Notes: a model not told the origin generated them from the letters alone. 64,000 nt of DNA from Octopus sinensis (GCF_006345805.1 NC_043000.1:136710001-136774000), one strand, 5' to 3'. Numbered from the stretch's first letter, positions 13,630 to 26,776 are shown. A program made the numbers and translations.

Positions 13630-14508
13630 CACAGGGTATGATGGCTAAATTGTCGTCATTTTATAGCTTAATTTTCTGCATGCACATTGTTTGCTTTTGA
13701 TTTTCTTGACTACACAGTATAGTAGGATCAGTTGGGCACTGTCTGTGAGAAAAACAGCACCATGATGCAATTCACTCTGACAGAAATTTGGAAACAATAT
13801 GCTGTACTGCTTGACATTCACACTGGAAGCTCCAATTTGAACATTTCAGAATATTTGGGTGTCAATCTGGGGACAGTGCAATCTGAGAACATGTTCCGAG
13901 AATGATAAAAATCAAACATCCAGTCAACATCATGGTGCTTGGAGTGATCACTAGTGATGGCAACATTATGCCTCCATTCATCTTCCCACACCGCCTCAGA
14001 CTCAATACAGTGGCCAACATCAAGTGCCTGGAGGAGGTAGTGCAGTCCTGGATCAATAGGGTGGCTGCTGGAAAACCTCTGACAAGAGGACTCTGGACCA
14101 TGCAGGAGAACCCAGTCATGGCTGTCAGACAATTTACGCAATCACATCACCCCTAACATCTGGCCGCTTAACTCCATAGACTTCAACCCCTGGATTATTA
14201 TGTGTGGGATGCAGTTGAGTGAGAGACCAAAGAAACTCCTTGTAACACCAAAGATGAACTGAAGGCAAGGATTATGGCAGCAGTCACCAACTTAAACAAA
14301 GAAATTGTTCAGAAGAGTTGCAGGAGATTCGGAAGTCATCTGGAGGCTGTAGTTGAAGCCAATGGCGATTTTATTGAAAAAATTTACTCTTTAGTATTTC
14401 AAGATTTTTTTAATGTAATTTTAATAAATATATCTGTTAAAATGAAATGTCAGTGTTATTTTCATTTTTGCGTAATTTAGATGACAGTTTTTTTCACTGC
14501 ACCCTGTA
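13630..14508 (+). mobile_element. Tc1/mariner-superfamily (maT/DD37D-like) transposon remnant
   Basis: Ends cagggt... / ...caccctgta; KHPVNIMVLGVITSDG...KCLEEVVQSWI and WPLNSIDFNPLDYYVWDAVE motifs. Confidence 0.8.
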
Positions 14509-14803
14509 TATATATATATATATAATACATACATACATATACTATTGTATGTATGAATTTTATTAATTTGGCTGTATGGCTGATAAACTCGCTTTCCATA
14601 TGTGATGGTATTTTAATGCTATACCTTCTTATATTTATTTACATATATATATATACTAATTCTTGAGAACTATTCTTTAGTGGTGGATTCCCTTTGTGGA
14701 TCTATATCTAGCGTTAGAGTGACCACATGTGGCCTCTCTCTCATTACTTGTATTAATTTATATATATACATATATATATATATATATACATATATATACA
14801 CAC

Positions 14804-14838
<35 letters not shown>

Positions 14839-14843
14839 CATAC

Positions 14844-14914
<71 letters not shown>

Positions 14915-14917
<3 letters not shown>

Positions 14918-15450
14918 TGGCTGCCCCCTCGCTATCGAGTATGGCCATTGCACAAAGCTTAAACAATGTTGTTATTGTGCAATGCCTGTACAAGAAGATT
15001 TTTTTAAAGTGAGGAAAGGCTGTGCACAGAGTCAATCCCACTCACTAAGGAACAGCAGCCATAATCCGAAAAGAAGAACAAGTCAACATCATCGGTAACT
15101 ACTGAGCCACAGGTTTTATATTGGAGTTATCACAGTTACCTGAGTTACCTTCTCCCAGAAGGATGCCCAAACAAAGTCTAGGAGTCCTTCACTACCAATG
15201 GTTTAACCATGCATTGGGTATTCAGTCCGATTATTTCTATGTCCCCGCGCATGATACAGCCTTAAGACATTTATTGGATAGCCGTTGACTGTCAAGAGTT
15301 CCTCTGCCCTTTGACGGGTTTTGTTTTTCATCCTGCAGGGTGTCCAATTAACACCCTCCTCACCAAGCAAACTTGGTGGGGTTGCCGGTTTAGTTGCTGA
15401 CGACCCGACCATGCAACAGGTTGTACTGGGTTACATGTTACCAGTAGCAC
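14915..15450. repeat. Unclassified interspersed repeat, possibly LINE-derived
   Basis: GC-richer block between (TA)n tracts with no intact ORF. Confidence 0.35.
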
Positions 15451-15593
15451 TCATATATATATGTATATATATATGTACATACAAACACACACACATATAT
15501 ATATACATACATACACACACACACATATATATATATATATGTATATATATATGTATGTATATATATATATATGTGTGTATATATATATATGTG

Positions 15594-15665
<72 letters not shown>

Positions 15666-15670
<5 letters not shown>

Positions 15671-15815
15671 AGCTTCTTTCGGTTTCCACCTCCCAAATCA
15701 ACTCACAAGGCTTTGGTCAGCCTTAGGCTAAAGCAGAAGACACTTGCCCCAGGTACCACGCAGTGGGACTGAACCTGTATCCATGCAGTTTGGAAGTAAG
15801 CTTCTTACCACACAT
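15666..15815 (-). mobile_element. SINE family A 5' half
   Basis: gagcttctttcggtttccacc...cacaaggctttggtcagcc...agcttcttaccacac. Confidence 0.75.
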
Positions 15816-16929
15816 CAATCCTTATGCAAACACCTTTCTCTTCGTCCAACTATCTGATTCTATCTCTCTCTTCTTCTTTCTATCTCTCCTTTTGTCTCTC
15901 GCTTTGTTTTTGTTTCCCTCTCTCTCTCTCTGCCTCCCTCTCACTTTTCCTCCCACCCCTTCTGTCTCTGTCTGTCTTTGTCTCTCTCTCTCGCACTCTC
16001 TATCTTTCTTTCTCTTACCTTATTGCCTGAATAGCTACCACTCTATCCTCATAACCTATTTTATCCACTCATTTACTCACACACTAAATACCTACTTACT
16101 CACATATATTACTATTCCCTTTGCCTGAAGTATTGCTTGTTCCTTGCACATCCTCGAAAGCAACTGGATTCCATTATACTAAGTACTTTTTCTCCCCAGA
16201 TACAAACATATCGTTCAATTTTTATATTTCCTGCCAGTCTCTTCAGCTTCGGAAATTGTTATTTCCCGTTTATGCTGTTCTACTTGTCAACTATTCGATT
16301 ACTATCAGAGACCACTACAAGACAGTCTGTATCCACATCCAGCACTGACCTCTGCTTTAATGAGCCTTTGCTGTAACTCCTCAGAGATTTACTTGCAAGT
16401 CCAAATAGCAGGGAAATGTTCTGAGTCATTTAGCAAGTTATTCATCCAAAACAATTTTCTACGCATAACACATATTACTCATATAACTAAAGCAGATTAT
16501 TTTTTTTGTTTGTTTTGTTTCTGATAAATGAAGCAAAACATAGAAACATGTGTTGCAGTAAAACATAACTACATTGAAGAAGCAGAGGACCTAGCATAAT
16601 AGCTTCAAAAGATTTGCACTAATTATTTCATTTAGTGTATCTATGAAGTATTCACCTTGATTTCTCTATAGATTTCATCCAATACAATGGAATTAATATC
16701 GTTGCTGTTGTTTTAGCTTCAGATCAACCTTGATTGATCTGATTTATGATCAAAAGTGCTTCAGCCTTGACCATCAAATCATTTAGTTTAACAAGTACTA
16801 CATTGGGAGATGGAGTTGAGAGTGATTTGGTTGCTATTTCTAGCAATTTGGATGACCGCATATAGGATCCGTTATTAGCTCCCTGATGATGATGTTGGGG
16901 AGTAATTCTGGGAAGCTCTCTTTGCTCAC

Positions 16930-19130
16930 CACTATGACACGGAGGTTGTCAAGTGAACGGAGTATTTAATTAGCATTTATAGTCAGAGCTCTCCACCCAT
17001 TTGTGGTGTAGATGCAGAGATTCAACCAATGACATGGGTGCAGAGAATGTTATTGACAACCATGATGTATGAATTGAAGGGGCCATCACATGATTTAAGG
17101 TTTCGAAATCATGCTCGTGCCTACAGAGGCAGCAAAGAAAGGAACTGTGGGTAGGGGATAGATTTAGTGTGGTTGGGGTGGGAAAAGTTGAATTTGCGGT
17201 AAGACTTGGAGTTGGTTAGCAATAATTTTCGAAATCAGTGATGGAAGTTACTAGAAAAAGACTTCCTTTACAAGTCTTCCTTTTCATCGTAAACCGGTGA
17301 TTACCGCCCGTTGACAAGAGGCAACTACCTCGAAACTGCGGTCCGTGCGTATCACTTAGGTTTACGAGAGAGGGATGACCTCCCTTTGCAAATACCATAA
17401 GGGCACAGATAGTGTGCCTAAAGCCAGCTGGAGACGATGATCTCCTGGGGCTAAAAGCTACAGCAACACCCACTCTTTGTGGTTAGCCATATTGAGATGG
17501 CTATTATATTTTACATTGGTGTTGGTTGTTTTATAGAAAATGGATATAGAATGTGAGACATTTAATTTAATGATAGAGACAGAAATGTTTAAAAAATTAA
17601 GAGAAGAGGAGAAGATGGTAGAAGTGAACTCAAAGACTGACTGGAAGAAATTGACAAGGTTGACGAAGACGGTGAGATGAGTATGGGTGAGAGAGCTGGC
17701 TTCAATGTGATCTTCAAAGTACTTAGCATACAATTTAGGAGTAGGAACAGTGAGATTCAGCAAAACTTACAAGAATTACTGCATAGCTCAAGCCCATCCC
17801 AGTTCCAAGTCCTGCCCCTGTGATCCGCTGGCAAAATTCCCCATAGAAAGAGAAGCAATTCATAGGAATAACACATTCAGCAAAGCAGAAGAGAGAAGAG
17901 AAGTCATGTGCAAGTGTAAGGACTATCTAAAAATCACTTGAGTGTAATGGTCTGCAAGTACTTCTTAAACCATTGTCATATAGAATTTGCTAACTAGAAT
18001 GAAGAGGATTGAAGGTAGCGAACTGCCAAAAACATTAGCATGCCAGGCGAAATGCTTAATGGTATTTCGTCTGCCGCTACGTTCTGAGTTCAAATTCCGC
18101 TGAGGTCAACTTTGCCTTTCATCCTTTCAGGGTCGATTAAATAAGTACCAGTTACGCACTATGATCGATGTAATCGACTTAATCTGTTTGTCTGTCCTTG
18201 TTTGTCCCTCTATGTTTAGCCCCTTGTGGGTAGTAAAGAAATAGGTATTTCGTCTGTCTTTATGTTCTATGTTCAAATTCTGCTGAGGTCAACTTTGTCT
18301 TTCATCCTTTTAGGGTCGATAAATTAAGTACCAGTTAAGCACTGGGGTCGATCTAATCAACTTAATCCCTTTGCCTGTCCTTGTTTGTCCCTTCTATGTT
18401 TAGCCCCTTCTGGACAATAAAGAAATAAGAAACGTTAGCATGCTAGGCAAAATGGTTAATGGTATTTCATCTGTCTTTATGTTCTGAGTTCAAATTCTGC
18501 TGAGGTCAACTTTGTCTTTCATCCTTTCGGGGTCGATAAATTAAGTACCAGTTGTATACTGAGGTTGATCTAATCAACTGGCGCCCTCCCCCCAAATTTC
18601 GGCCTTGTGCCTAGAGTAGAAAAAAAGAAGGAGTTGAAGAGGTGAAGAGTGTGGTTAGTATCATGAATGTAGGAGGGAAGGGCAGTAATTAAGGGCTTGA
18701 AAATCTTATCAAGATAATTGGAAATAAATCAAGAGTGGCAATTATAAGAAGAGACTTTAGGGTAGCCTGGGTTGTTAAGTTTCTTGATTTGGGGGAGAAA
18801 ATATGTGGTTAGGGTGCCTGTGAAACAATGAGGTTGGTAGAAGTGAGGAGGGACGATGAAGCAATGAGATTTTTTATGATGGTGGACACCTGAAGATAAT
18901 AGTTGAGAGTGAGGTCAGATAAAAGGGGTAGGTCAAGAGATATTGGGACTACAGATCTAAGGGATATGAATTGGGTAGGGTTCATGATGTTGGTGGGAGG
19001 GGAAGGTGTGTGGATGCAGTGGGATTAGAAGAATGGTGAGTGATGTTAAGGGGGTTAAGAAGAAGGAGGATTTGAAAGTCTTTGTATGGGAAAGGAAGTG
19101 AAATATTAAGCAGTTGAGCTGGTGCTGGAA
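16930..19130 (-). mobile_element. Degenerate Penelope-like element (RT plus probable GIY-YIG region), interrupted by SINE C array
   Basis: Minus-strand motifs in order: YFLPQIKKLNNPGYPKVSSYNC; MNCFSFYGEFCQRITGAGLGTGMGLSYAVILVSFAE (GVAMGTKMGPSYA-like); LYAKYFED (YIDD-like); LNFLNISVSI...IFYKTT. Confidence 0.8.
18015..18625 (+). mobile_element. SINE family C trimeric array
   Basis: Three consecutive gttctgagttcaaattc...ggggtcgat units. Confidence 0.85.
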
Positions 19131-19139
19131 ACAGGGTAT

Positions 19140-19172
<33 letters not shown>

Positions 19173-19186
<14 letters not shown>

Positions 19187-19418
19187 GCCCTGTGCTAGTA
19201 GGGTGCTAAGAGCACCATCCGAGCATGATTGTTGTCAGAGCGGCTAACTGGCTTCCATGCCAGTGGCATGTAAAAGGCACCATTTGAGCATGATCATTAC
19301 CAGTGTTGCTTTACTGGCACTTGTGCCAGTGGCACATATAAAAACATTTGAGCAAGGTCATTGCCAGTACTGCCTGACTGCCCCACCCCCGTGCTGGTGG
19401 CACGTAAAAGCACCCAAA
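19173..19418 (+). mobile_element. SINE family B internal fragment, left arm of an inverted duplication
   Basis: Reverse complement of 20459-20702 with the same two breakpoints. Confidence 0.85.
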
Positions 19419-19435
19419 AGCACCCAAAAGCACCC

Positions 19436-19600
19436 AACCGGTTCTCGCGGTTAAAATATAATGTTTGCTAGATAGACCACGTGGGTGGAAAAGGAGTGCA
19501 GAAATTTACGCCTGCGCATTTTGAATTTGTTGGCACTGGCAGTAGGAGCTGGTTCATCTGAAGCGACAAGTTCGCCGATAGGTAAAGTTCCTTCTTTTTA
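19436..19600 (+). promoter_or_regulatory. Putative promoter and non-coding first exon
   Basis: Non-repeat CpG-rich patch with ccacgtgg (E-box) and gcctgcgca, followed by donor-like CCGATAG|gtaaag at 19582. Confidence 0.35.
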
Positions 19601-20085
19601 GTGTTTCCAAATCCAAATTAAGAAATTTTGAGCTGACGATAGAAATGCTGATTTTATTTGGCTAATCTTGAAACGTTGACGTACTCAAACGATCTATGTA
19701 CTTGTGATATTTTTCTGTATTTACCTCCAAACCTTCGTGAGCTGTCTGGAGTAAACATTATCTGAGAGAAATTTTCTTTAAGTTGTAGAAATGGCTAAAA
19801 AAATTTTTTGGGGCTGCTATTTCTACTAAGTTCAGTATGTGGCAAAGTAATTTATTTTACTAAGCCCTAATTATATAATGTAATATTTTGAATTCGCCTT
19901 AAATGGTCCTTTTACATACTGAACACTTGGTGAAATTGATTAATTAATTTTACCCTCAATTGTTGATATATATATATGTATATATATATGTATATATATA
20001 TGTACATATACACATGCATGTATACATACACACATGCATGCATACATTCATACATACATCCATCCATACATACATTCATACATAC

Positions 20086-20116
<31 letters not shown>

Positions 20117-20458
20117 TACATACATACATACATACATACATACATACATACATACATACATACATACATACATACATACATACATACATGCACTGTTGTA
20201 GTGATCAGCTACCCACTGGATGTGAATGTACCATCAAAAGTCCTGGAAAAGACAAAATTTATGGTGAATTAACACAGAACTCACAGCTCTTGTATCCTGG
20301 TTAAGAATTCTCATTTGTACCTATTATCTTAGGTGCATTAGGCCATGTACTGACAAATTTACACCAAAACCTAGAAAAAGTAGGTTTGTTTTTAGAGAAA
20401 GTGCAAAAGAAACTGACATGGGTTCTTCAAATTCAATCTATTAGTAGCACAGTGAAGA

Positions 20459-20702
20459 TTTGGGTGCTTTTACGTGCCACCAGCACGGGGGTGGGGCAGT
20501 CAGGCAGTACTGGCAATGACCTTGCTCAAATGTTTTTATATGTGCCACTGGCACAAGTGCCAGTAAAGCAACACTGGTAATGATCATGCTCAAATGGTGC
20601 CTTTTACATGCCACTGGTATGGAAGCCAGTTAACTGCTCTGACAACGATCATGTTCGGATGGTGCTCTTAGCACCCTACTAGCACGGGGTACAATATATA
20701 TA
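20459..20702 (-). mobile_element. SINE family B internal fragment, right arm of an inverted duplication
   Basis: High identity to the reverse complement of 19173-19418. Confidence 0.85.
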
Positions 20703-21097
20703 TTGGTGGTGCCCCAGCATGACCGCGGCCTTCGGGCTAAAACATTTTTAAGGATTTTTAAGGATTTATATATATATATATATATATATAGTCATTGGTA
20801 AACCTGTCATAAAATTGTTAACATTTTTCATTTTACTCCTTTATGGCATAACAAATAAAGAGCAAGTAATGCATTTTGGAATTTTGCTCACATAATTACT
20901 AGCAATGAGCCGGGAAGCTTGAGTAACATTGAGAATATTTTCTTCTCTTTTAGACTAATCACACAACAATGGGCTGATGTAACATTAACATTTAGCTCTC
21001 CTTATTTTTATGGGCAAATGCTTTTAAACTATTGCAAATTCTTTTGATCTGAGCAATCATAAATTTTTGCCTCTTTTTTATTAATGTGCTTTTACAG

Positions 21098-21168
21098 GCA
21101 GCTGAAAGCAACTACTCACTCACTTCATTCACTTCACTTCACTCACAAACTCTTGCCGCAGGTCATAG
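21098..21168 (+). other. Candidate 71-nt exon (no ATG; 5'UTR or coding)
   Basis: Acceptor ctcttttttattaatgtgcttttacag, donor CATAG|gtaata. Confidence 0.3.
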
Positions 21169-22274
21169 GTAATAGCCTGTCAAGGGATTATAGTAAATCT
21201 GTGACAGAAGGAATAAAAGTAACTCATCTAATGATATGCGACCTACTTCATTTGGAAAACAGTTCATCATTTAAATGAATGATGTCGCTTTCAAATCTTT
21301 TTTATAACTTAGTCAGGAAAAGAAAGGAAACAAAGCTCTTACGTCTTTTTCCTAGTAAGAGAAAAAGCAGGAATTATCTCCAGACTTGAGACCAAATACA
21401 AATGCTTGCAAAGGATATGTACATTTAAAATGTGTCTGTGTGGGGGTCAGGAAGCCACGCTAAACTGGATGACAGATTAAGTCTCCCACAAAGACTAATA
21501 AGCTGTTGATAATTATCATGATCTTTATTAATAGGTTTGTCTAAATTTTTCCATAAGCTATCAGTATATTTTGACATTGTGCTTCTATTTTGATCCAAAT
21601 AAGCTTCCTAATGATCTTTCACAACTTTGATTTGTGAATATTCTTTCAGTTTTGAAATGTATTTTCTGAGAAATATATCATTATTTTGGTCAAGTGCCAT
21701 TTGAGAAGTGCTATATTTTGAAGTTCATTTGGATTAATAAACCATTCCAAAATTTGATAAAATGATGTCTACACACTTATAACAATGATTTATAATTTGT
21801 TTAAACATCTAATACACAGTTAAAACTTTTAAGTTTTTTTTGCTTTTTTTTTTAGTTGTACTTGTCAAACAAGTGAAGTGATCTGAGACTATATTGAAAC
21901 TGAAGTAACTACATTGTATGAAGACCTTATTAGCCATCTAGGATGCATAAAAATCTGTTATATTTAATTATCATTTATTTTTTGAGGAGTAAAATTTTCA
22001 CTGCCCCACTACTATCTTGTCATTAAGATCATATTTATTTTTCAATAATCTTTAGTGATTTGCATTTTTTAAAAACTATTTCAGGAACTTAGTTACAAAA
22101 CCTAAGTATGCTTTGTAGCAAGTATCATGACACAATTATTGAACAATAATCAATATTTATAATGCTTTTTGCATAGCTTATGTGGTTGTTTCTATTGATA
22201 TTTCTATTGTTGCATTTGTGGCTGCAATAACATTTTCTTAGTCATAGTAACTAAGATGTTTTTGTACATTATAG

Positions 22275-22333
22275 CAGTAGGTTAGCCCTGATCATGTGGC
22301 CCTATGGCAGCAAGGAATTGGACAAATGACAAG
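22275..22333 (+). other. Candidate exon (could begin MAARNWTNDK)
   Basis: Tandem tag/cag/tag acceptors and donor ACAAG|gtataa. Confidence 0.2.
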
Positions 22334-22367
22334 GTATAACGTACAAAGCCAACTTCCTAGATATATT

Positions 22368-22935
22368 ATGTTTCTTATTTCTTTATTACCCACAAGAGGC
22401 TACACACAGAGGGAACAAAGAAGGACAGACAAATGGATTAAGTCGATTATATCGACACCAGTGCATAACAGGTACTTATTTAATCAACCCCCGAAAGGAT
22501 GAAAAGTATCAAATTAAAATAGGCATCTATTTATTTACACTTCGTTACTGTGATAGTCATTCTGAGACAAAATCTCTTCAAAATGTGCTGGGTTAAAAAT
22601 GCAATGACTATTGGAGTGAGATAAAATCTTAATTTATCGACCCTGAAAGGTGAAGTCAACCTCAGCAAGATTTGAACTCAGAATGTAAAACAGATGAAAT
22701 ACCTATTTCTTTACTATCCACAAGGGGCTAAACACAGAGAGGACAAACAAAGACAGACAAATGGATTAAGTCGATTATATCGACCCCAGTGCATAACTGG
22801 TACTTATTTAATTGACCCCCGAAAGGATGAAAAGCAAAGTCGACCTTGGCGGAATTTGAACTCAGAACGTAGCAGCAGACGAAATACTGTTAAGCATTTC
22901 ACCCAGAATGCTAACGTTTCTGCCAGCTCACCACC
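22368..22935 (-). mobile_element. SINE family C fragments and dimer around a duplicated unique segment
   Basis: Family C units at 22368-22503 and 22625-22935. Confidence 0.8.
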
Positions 22936-23789
22936 TTCAGATATATTATGTTTGTGCCATGCACCCTCTCACACGCAGTGATGAACTATATGGGTTGCAG
23001 CTTGACATTCTAAATATATTGCACTCTGTTCACTGTCAAGTCTATTCCTGTACTCCTGTGGACTGTACTAATGCTAGCCACAATAGAAGTGGACATGATG
23101 TACTCAGTCAGACTGGGAGTTGCTTGTCCTCTGCACATATCTATGGCTGTGTTCATCCAACATAATTATTGAAGTACTTCAGAGCTTTATATCATTCATA
23201 CTACTAACCATTTAATTACGAAGTAAGAACAGTATTGGTTATTATATAATAAGAACAGTGGAAAGAGAAATATGTAACTTTGCAAGATCTAAACGAAAAT
23301 ATATATAAAATTAAGTTTAAAATGATGACTGTATGTTTATTAGTTTAAGTGATTAAGTTCACATTTATTTTGTGAGTTAATTTTCAACTTTTTAATCTTT
23401 AAAGCAAGTGAGAGTGGGATCACAACTCAATTAGTTAATTCTCTAACATTAACTATAGTCAATAAGTTTGTTTACCTACCAACAAATTAATTTCCAGTTT
23501 TAGTATGTTATTAATAACAGCCACCCAACTAATTTGAAATAGCAAATCATTAAAAAACATTTTCCTAATGAGTATCAAAGAGAAGATGAAAGCAAAATGA
23601 AAATCATGTTTCAAAAGAACCATTCATAATTAAATATTGTAAAAGTAAAAAATTATGCTTTTTACAATTGCAGAAATTAATGTTGTTTTTCTATGTTTTT
23701 TTAAATGGATTTTTCAATCTCAGCAAATTAAATGTTTAACATTTCATCTAAAATATAGGACACAGTAAGCAATGCTAAATCATTATCAT

Positions 23790-23995
23790 CATCATCATTA
23801 TTATTATTATTATTATTATGATGATGATGACGACGACGACGATGATGACGACGACGATAACAACGATGATGTTGATGATGATGGTTATGATGATTTTGAT
23901 GATGATGGTGATGACGATATTGAGGAGGAGGAGGAGGAGGAGGAGGAGGAGGAGGATGGTGGTGATGATGATGGTGGTGATGATGATGATGATGC

Positions 23996-24062
<67 letters not shown>

Positions 24063-24127
24063 GGTGGTGGTGGTGGTGGTGGTGGTGTTGATGATGGTGA
24101 TGATGATGATGATGATGATGATATTGG

Positions 24128-24165
<38 letters not shown>
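23790..24165. repeat. Compound trinucleotide array (CAT)(TAT)(GAT/GAC)(GAG)(GGT)n
   Basis: Directly visible. Confidence 0.95.
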
Positions 24166-24318
24166 CAGTAGTTTTATTGTATAGATTCACTACACTTCCA
24201 AGTGCAGCTCAGTGGACTTCATATATGTGCATAATCTGGCTTCTGTCTTATATTTTCTTTTGTATTGTCAGCACTGTTCATAATAGTCTGCCTAATACAG
24301 CTAGATATGTACATAATA

Positions 24319-24366
<48 letters not shown>

Positions 24367-24829
24367 GTATGCTCTTTAATCATTACCTATGCATCTAGGG
24401 ATTATTTTTGCTTACAGTCTCAGATACTAGTTTTCTCCAATTCTTTGGGAGTTAGTTTATTATTATTATTGGAAGTGATACTTTGATTTGGAGGCATATC
24501 CTTCCCTGGTAGTCCTTAACAACAGCTGATTATTCTTGATATTACTGTCAGTATAGATTGGTTTGTTACGAAGTATTGCTGTTTTGTAATTCTCTCAAAT
24601 CTTTTGTTGCAATTTGATGCCTCCACATTTCTTTTGCTATTACATAATGCTATCCTACTTCTGTTGTATAAAAGCCTCAACTTTATTTATCTGCAGATGT
24701 AGTCTTTCTTGACGAAGACTGTATAACCATAGTGGTTAGTTGTTTCTCCCTAAAAACCATGTGTTTTGTGTTTACTTAAGTTATTTTGCTTTATTCTATG
24801 CTTCTGAATGCTTCCAGTGAGAAGGTTCT

Positions 24830-25248
24830 TATTTCTTTATTACCCACAAGGAGCTAAACGTAGAGCAGACAAACAAGGACAGACAAAGGGATTAAGTCGA
24901 TTACGTCGACCCCAGTGCATAACTGGTACTTAATTTATTGACCCTGAAAGGATGAAAGACAAAGTCAACCTCAGAGGACTTTGAACTCAGAATGTAGCAG
25001 CAGACGAAATACCTATTACTTTACTACCCACAAGGGGCTAAACATAGAGAGGACAAACAAGGACAGACAAACGGATTAAGTTGATTATATCGACCCCAGT
25101 GCATACATGGTCCTTAATTTATCGACCCCAAAAGGACGAAAGGCAAAGTCGACCTCGGCAGAATTTGAATTCAAAACATAATGCCAGGTGAAATACCATT
25201 AAGCATTTCACCCAGCGTGCTAACGATTCTGCCAGTTCACCACCTTCT
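24830..25248 (-). mobile_element. Dimeric SINE family C insertion with 14-bp TSD
   Basis: agtgagaaggttct at 24816-24829 and 25249-25262 flanks two head-to-tail units. Confidence 0.9.
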
Positions 25249-25414
25249 AGTGAGAAGGTTCTGATTCTCTGCTATTATCAAAAGTTCTTATTCAATTTTG
25301 AGTCCTGCACCTCTCATTTAGTCCTGTAAATTTTCTTTGTCTATTTCTGATCTATTCAGGTTTTAATGTATAAGCAATGTGTGAGGTTTTGTCATTGCTA
25401 CACCATCCACAATT

Positions 25415-25632
25415 TACAAGGGAGTGCTGAAAAGTTCCTGGTTTTAAATGTATCACAAAAGCCCAGGCTGGAGGCCCAACCTTTTGAATTCTTTTACAGG
25501 GCTTAGAAAAACTGAAGGACTGCTGTAATCAGCGTGTGAATCTGAGAAGGGAATATGTTGAATAAAAACATAATTAATGATCCTCCTGTATTTTCTTCTC
25601 CCCAAAACCAGGAACTTTTCAGCAACCCTTCA
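25415..25632. mobile_element. Mariner-derived MITE (about 220 bp)
   Basis: TIRs agggagtgctgaaaagttcctgg / ccaggaacttttcagcaaccct; second copy at 63456-63676. Confidence 0.8.
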
Positions 25633-26338
25633 TCTGTTGCTGTTTCTACTTTCTCCTCACAATTTTCTCTCATTTCAACATCTGTATTTTATTTGGTGAC
25701 TTCCTTGAAGAGCACCTTAACCAAAAAACATATGACCATGAGGGAACATCTATTCTTTTACTAATTGTAGAATGGTCAGGTTTCACTGGCCAAGAGGTTT
25801 CGTTCCTCATTAGCACATGATTCAAAGGTGCCACAAGATATTATGGTGTGGCCTCTGCATCTACAGAGATTCTTTGATGACAATCATGAGTAAATGTGGT
25901 CATCATCTGTCAGACACATTTGTGCACAGCTTGCCTCCTTGACTTAGCTGGAGTCCTGGGACATGTGTAGACCAAGGTTTGTATTTGGCATATAAAATAT
26001 TACTAGGAGCTCACGATTCTCAACCAGAACTTGAGTTGGGGAAGTGCTTGTCTTATATTTGTAGAACATGCCTACAAGAAGTAATTTCAGATGAGTCTGA
26101 TGAAAAATTAAGATAGGTCAGGTGATCTTCGATTTTAACAGCCAAAAGCCTCATGATCTTGTGATTTAACTACTGGATCTAATTTCATTACATAACTAGG
26201 TATGTCTTTCTGTAAAATCAAATTTCATAGCAAAATATATTTAGTCATGCATTCATTGAACTTTTATATCAAATTCTCTATGCAAATTTAACTCCTAATC
26301 CGTTACTAAAGTTATTAATATATGTGCAAATACATAAA

Positions 26339-26373
<35 letters not shown>

Positions 26374-26688
26374 ATGTGTTTAAACTGGGGAGTAGTGTAA
26401 TCAACAAAGAAAAAGAAAATTCTATACCAAAAGTCGAGTATTATGTAAATTTAAGTTAACATGAGCAACATGAAAGGTTGGCTTAAGTACAAAACGCACA
26501 CACATATTCATATGTGTGTATATATTCTAATAAAACAGCAACATGGTGAAATTCTGTGTAATAATTCGAGAAGATCCAGCTTCAAACAAAAATAAGCAAA
26601 CTTTATATTAAATATATTGAATATATGTTACTTCATTTGTAAATACATACATTTGCAGTGTGTTTTTGCATGCCTCTGTCAGTGTGTG

Positions 26689-26703
26689 ATGATGATGATC
26701 ATC

Positions 26704-26776
<73 letters not shown>

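Noticed and set aside
16100-16376. Overlapping 75-79-aa ORFs
   Set aside because: Stops in all minus frames and no motif in the plus frames; at most an unidentifiable decayed coding relic.
23772-24398. 208-aa poly-D/E/G ORF
   Set aside because: Translation of a compound trinucleotide microsatellite, open in several frames and on both strands. The 3' unique part has an acceptor at 24183 but no good donor.
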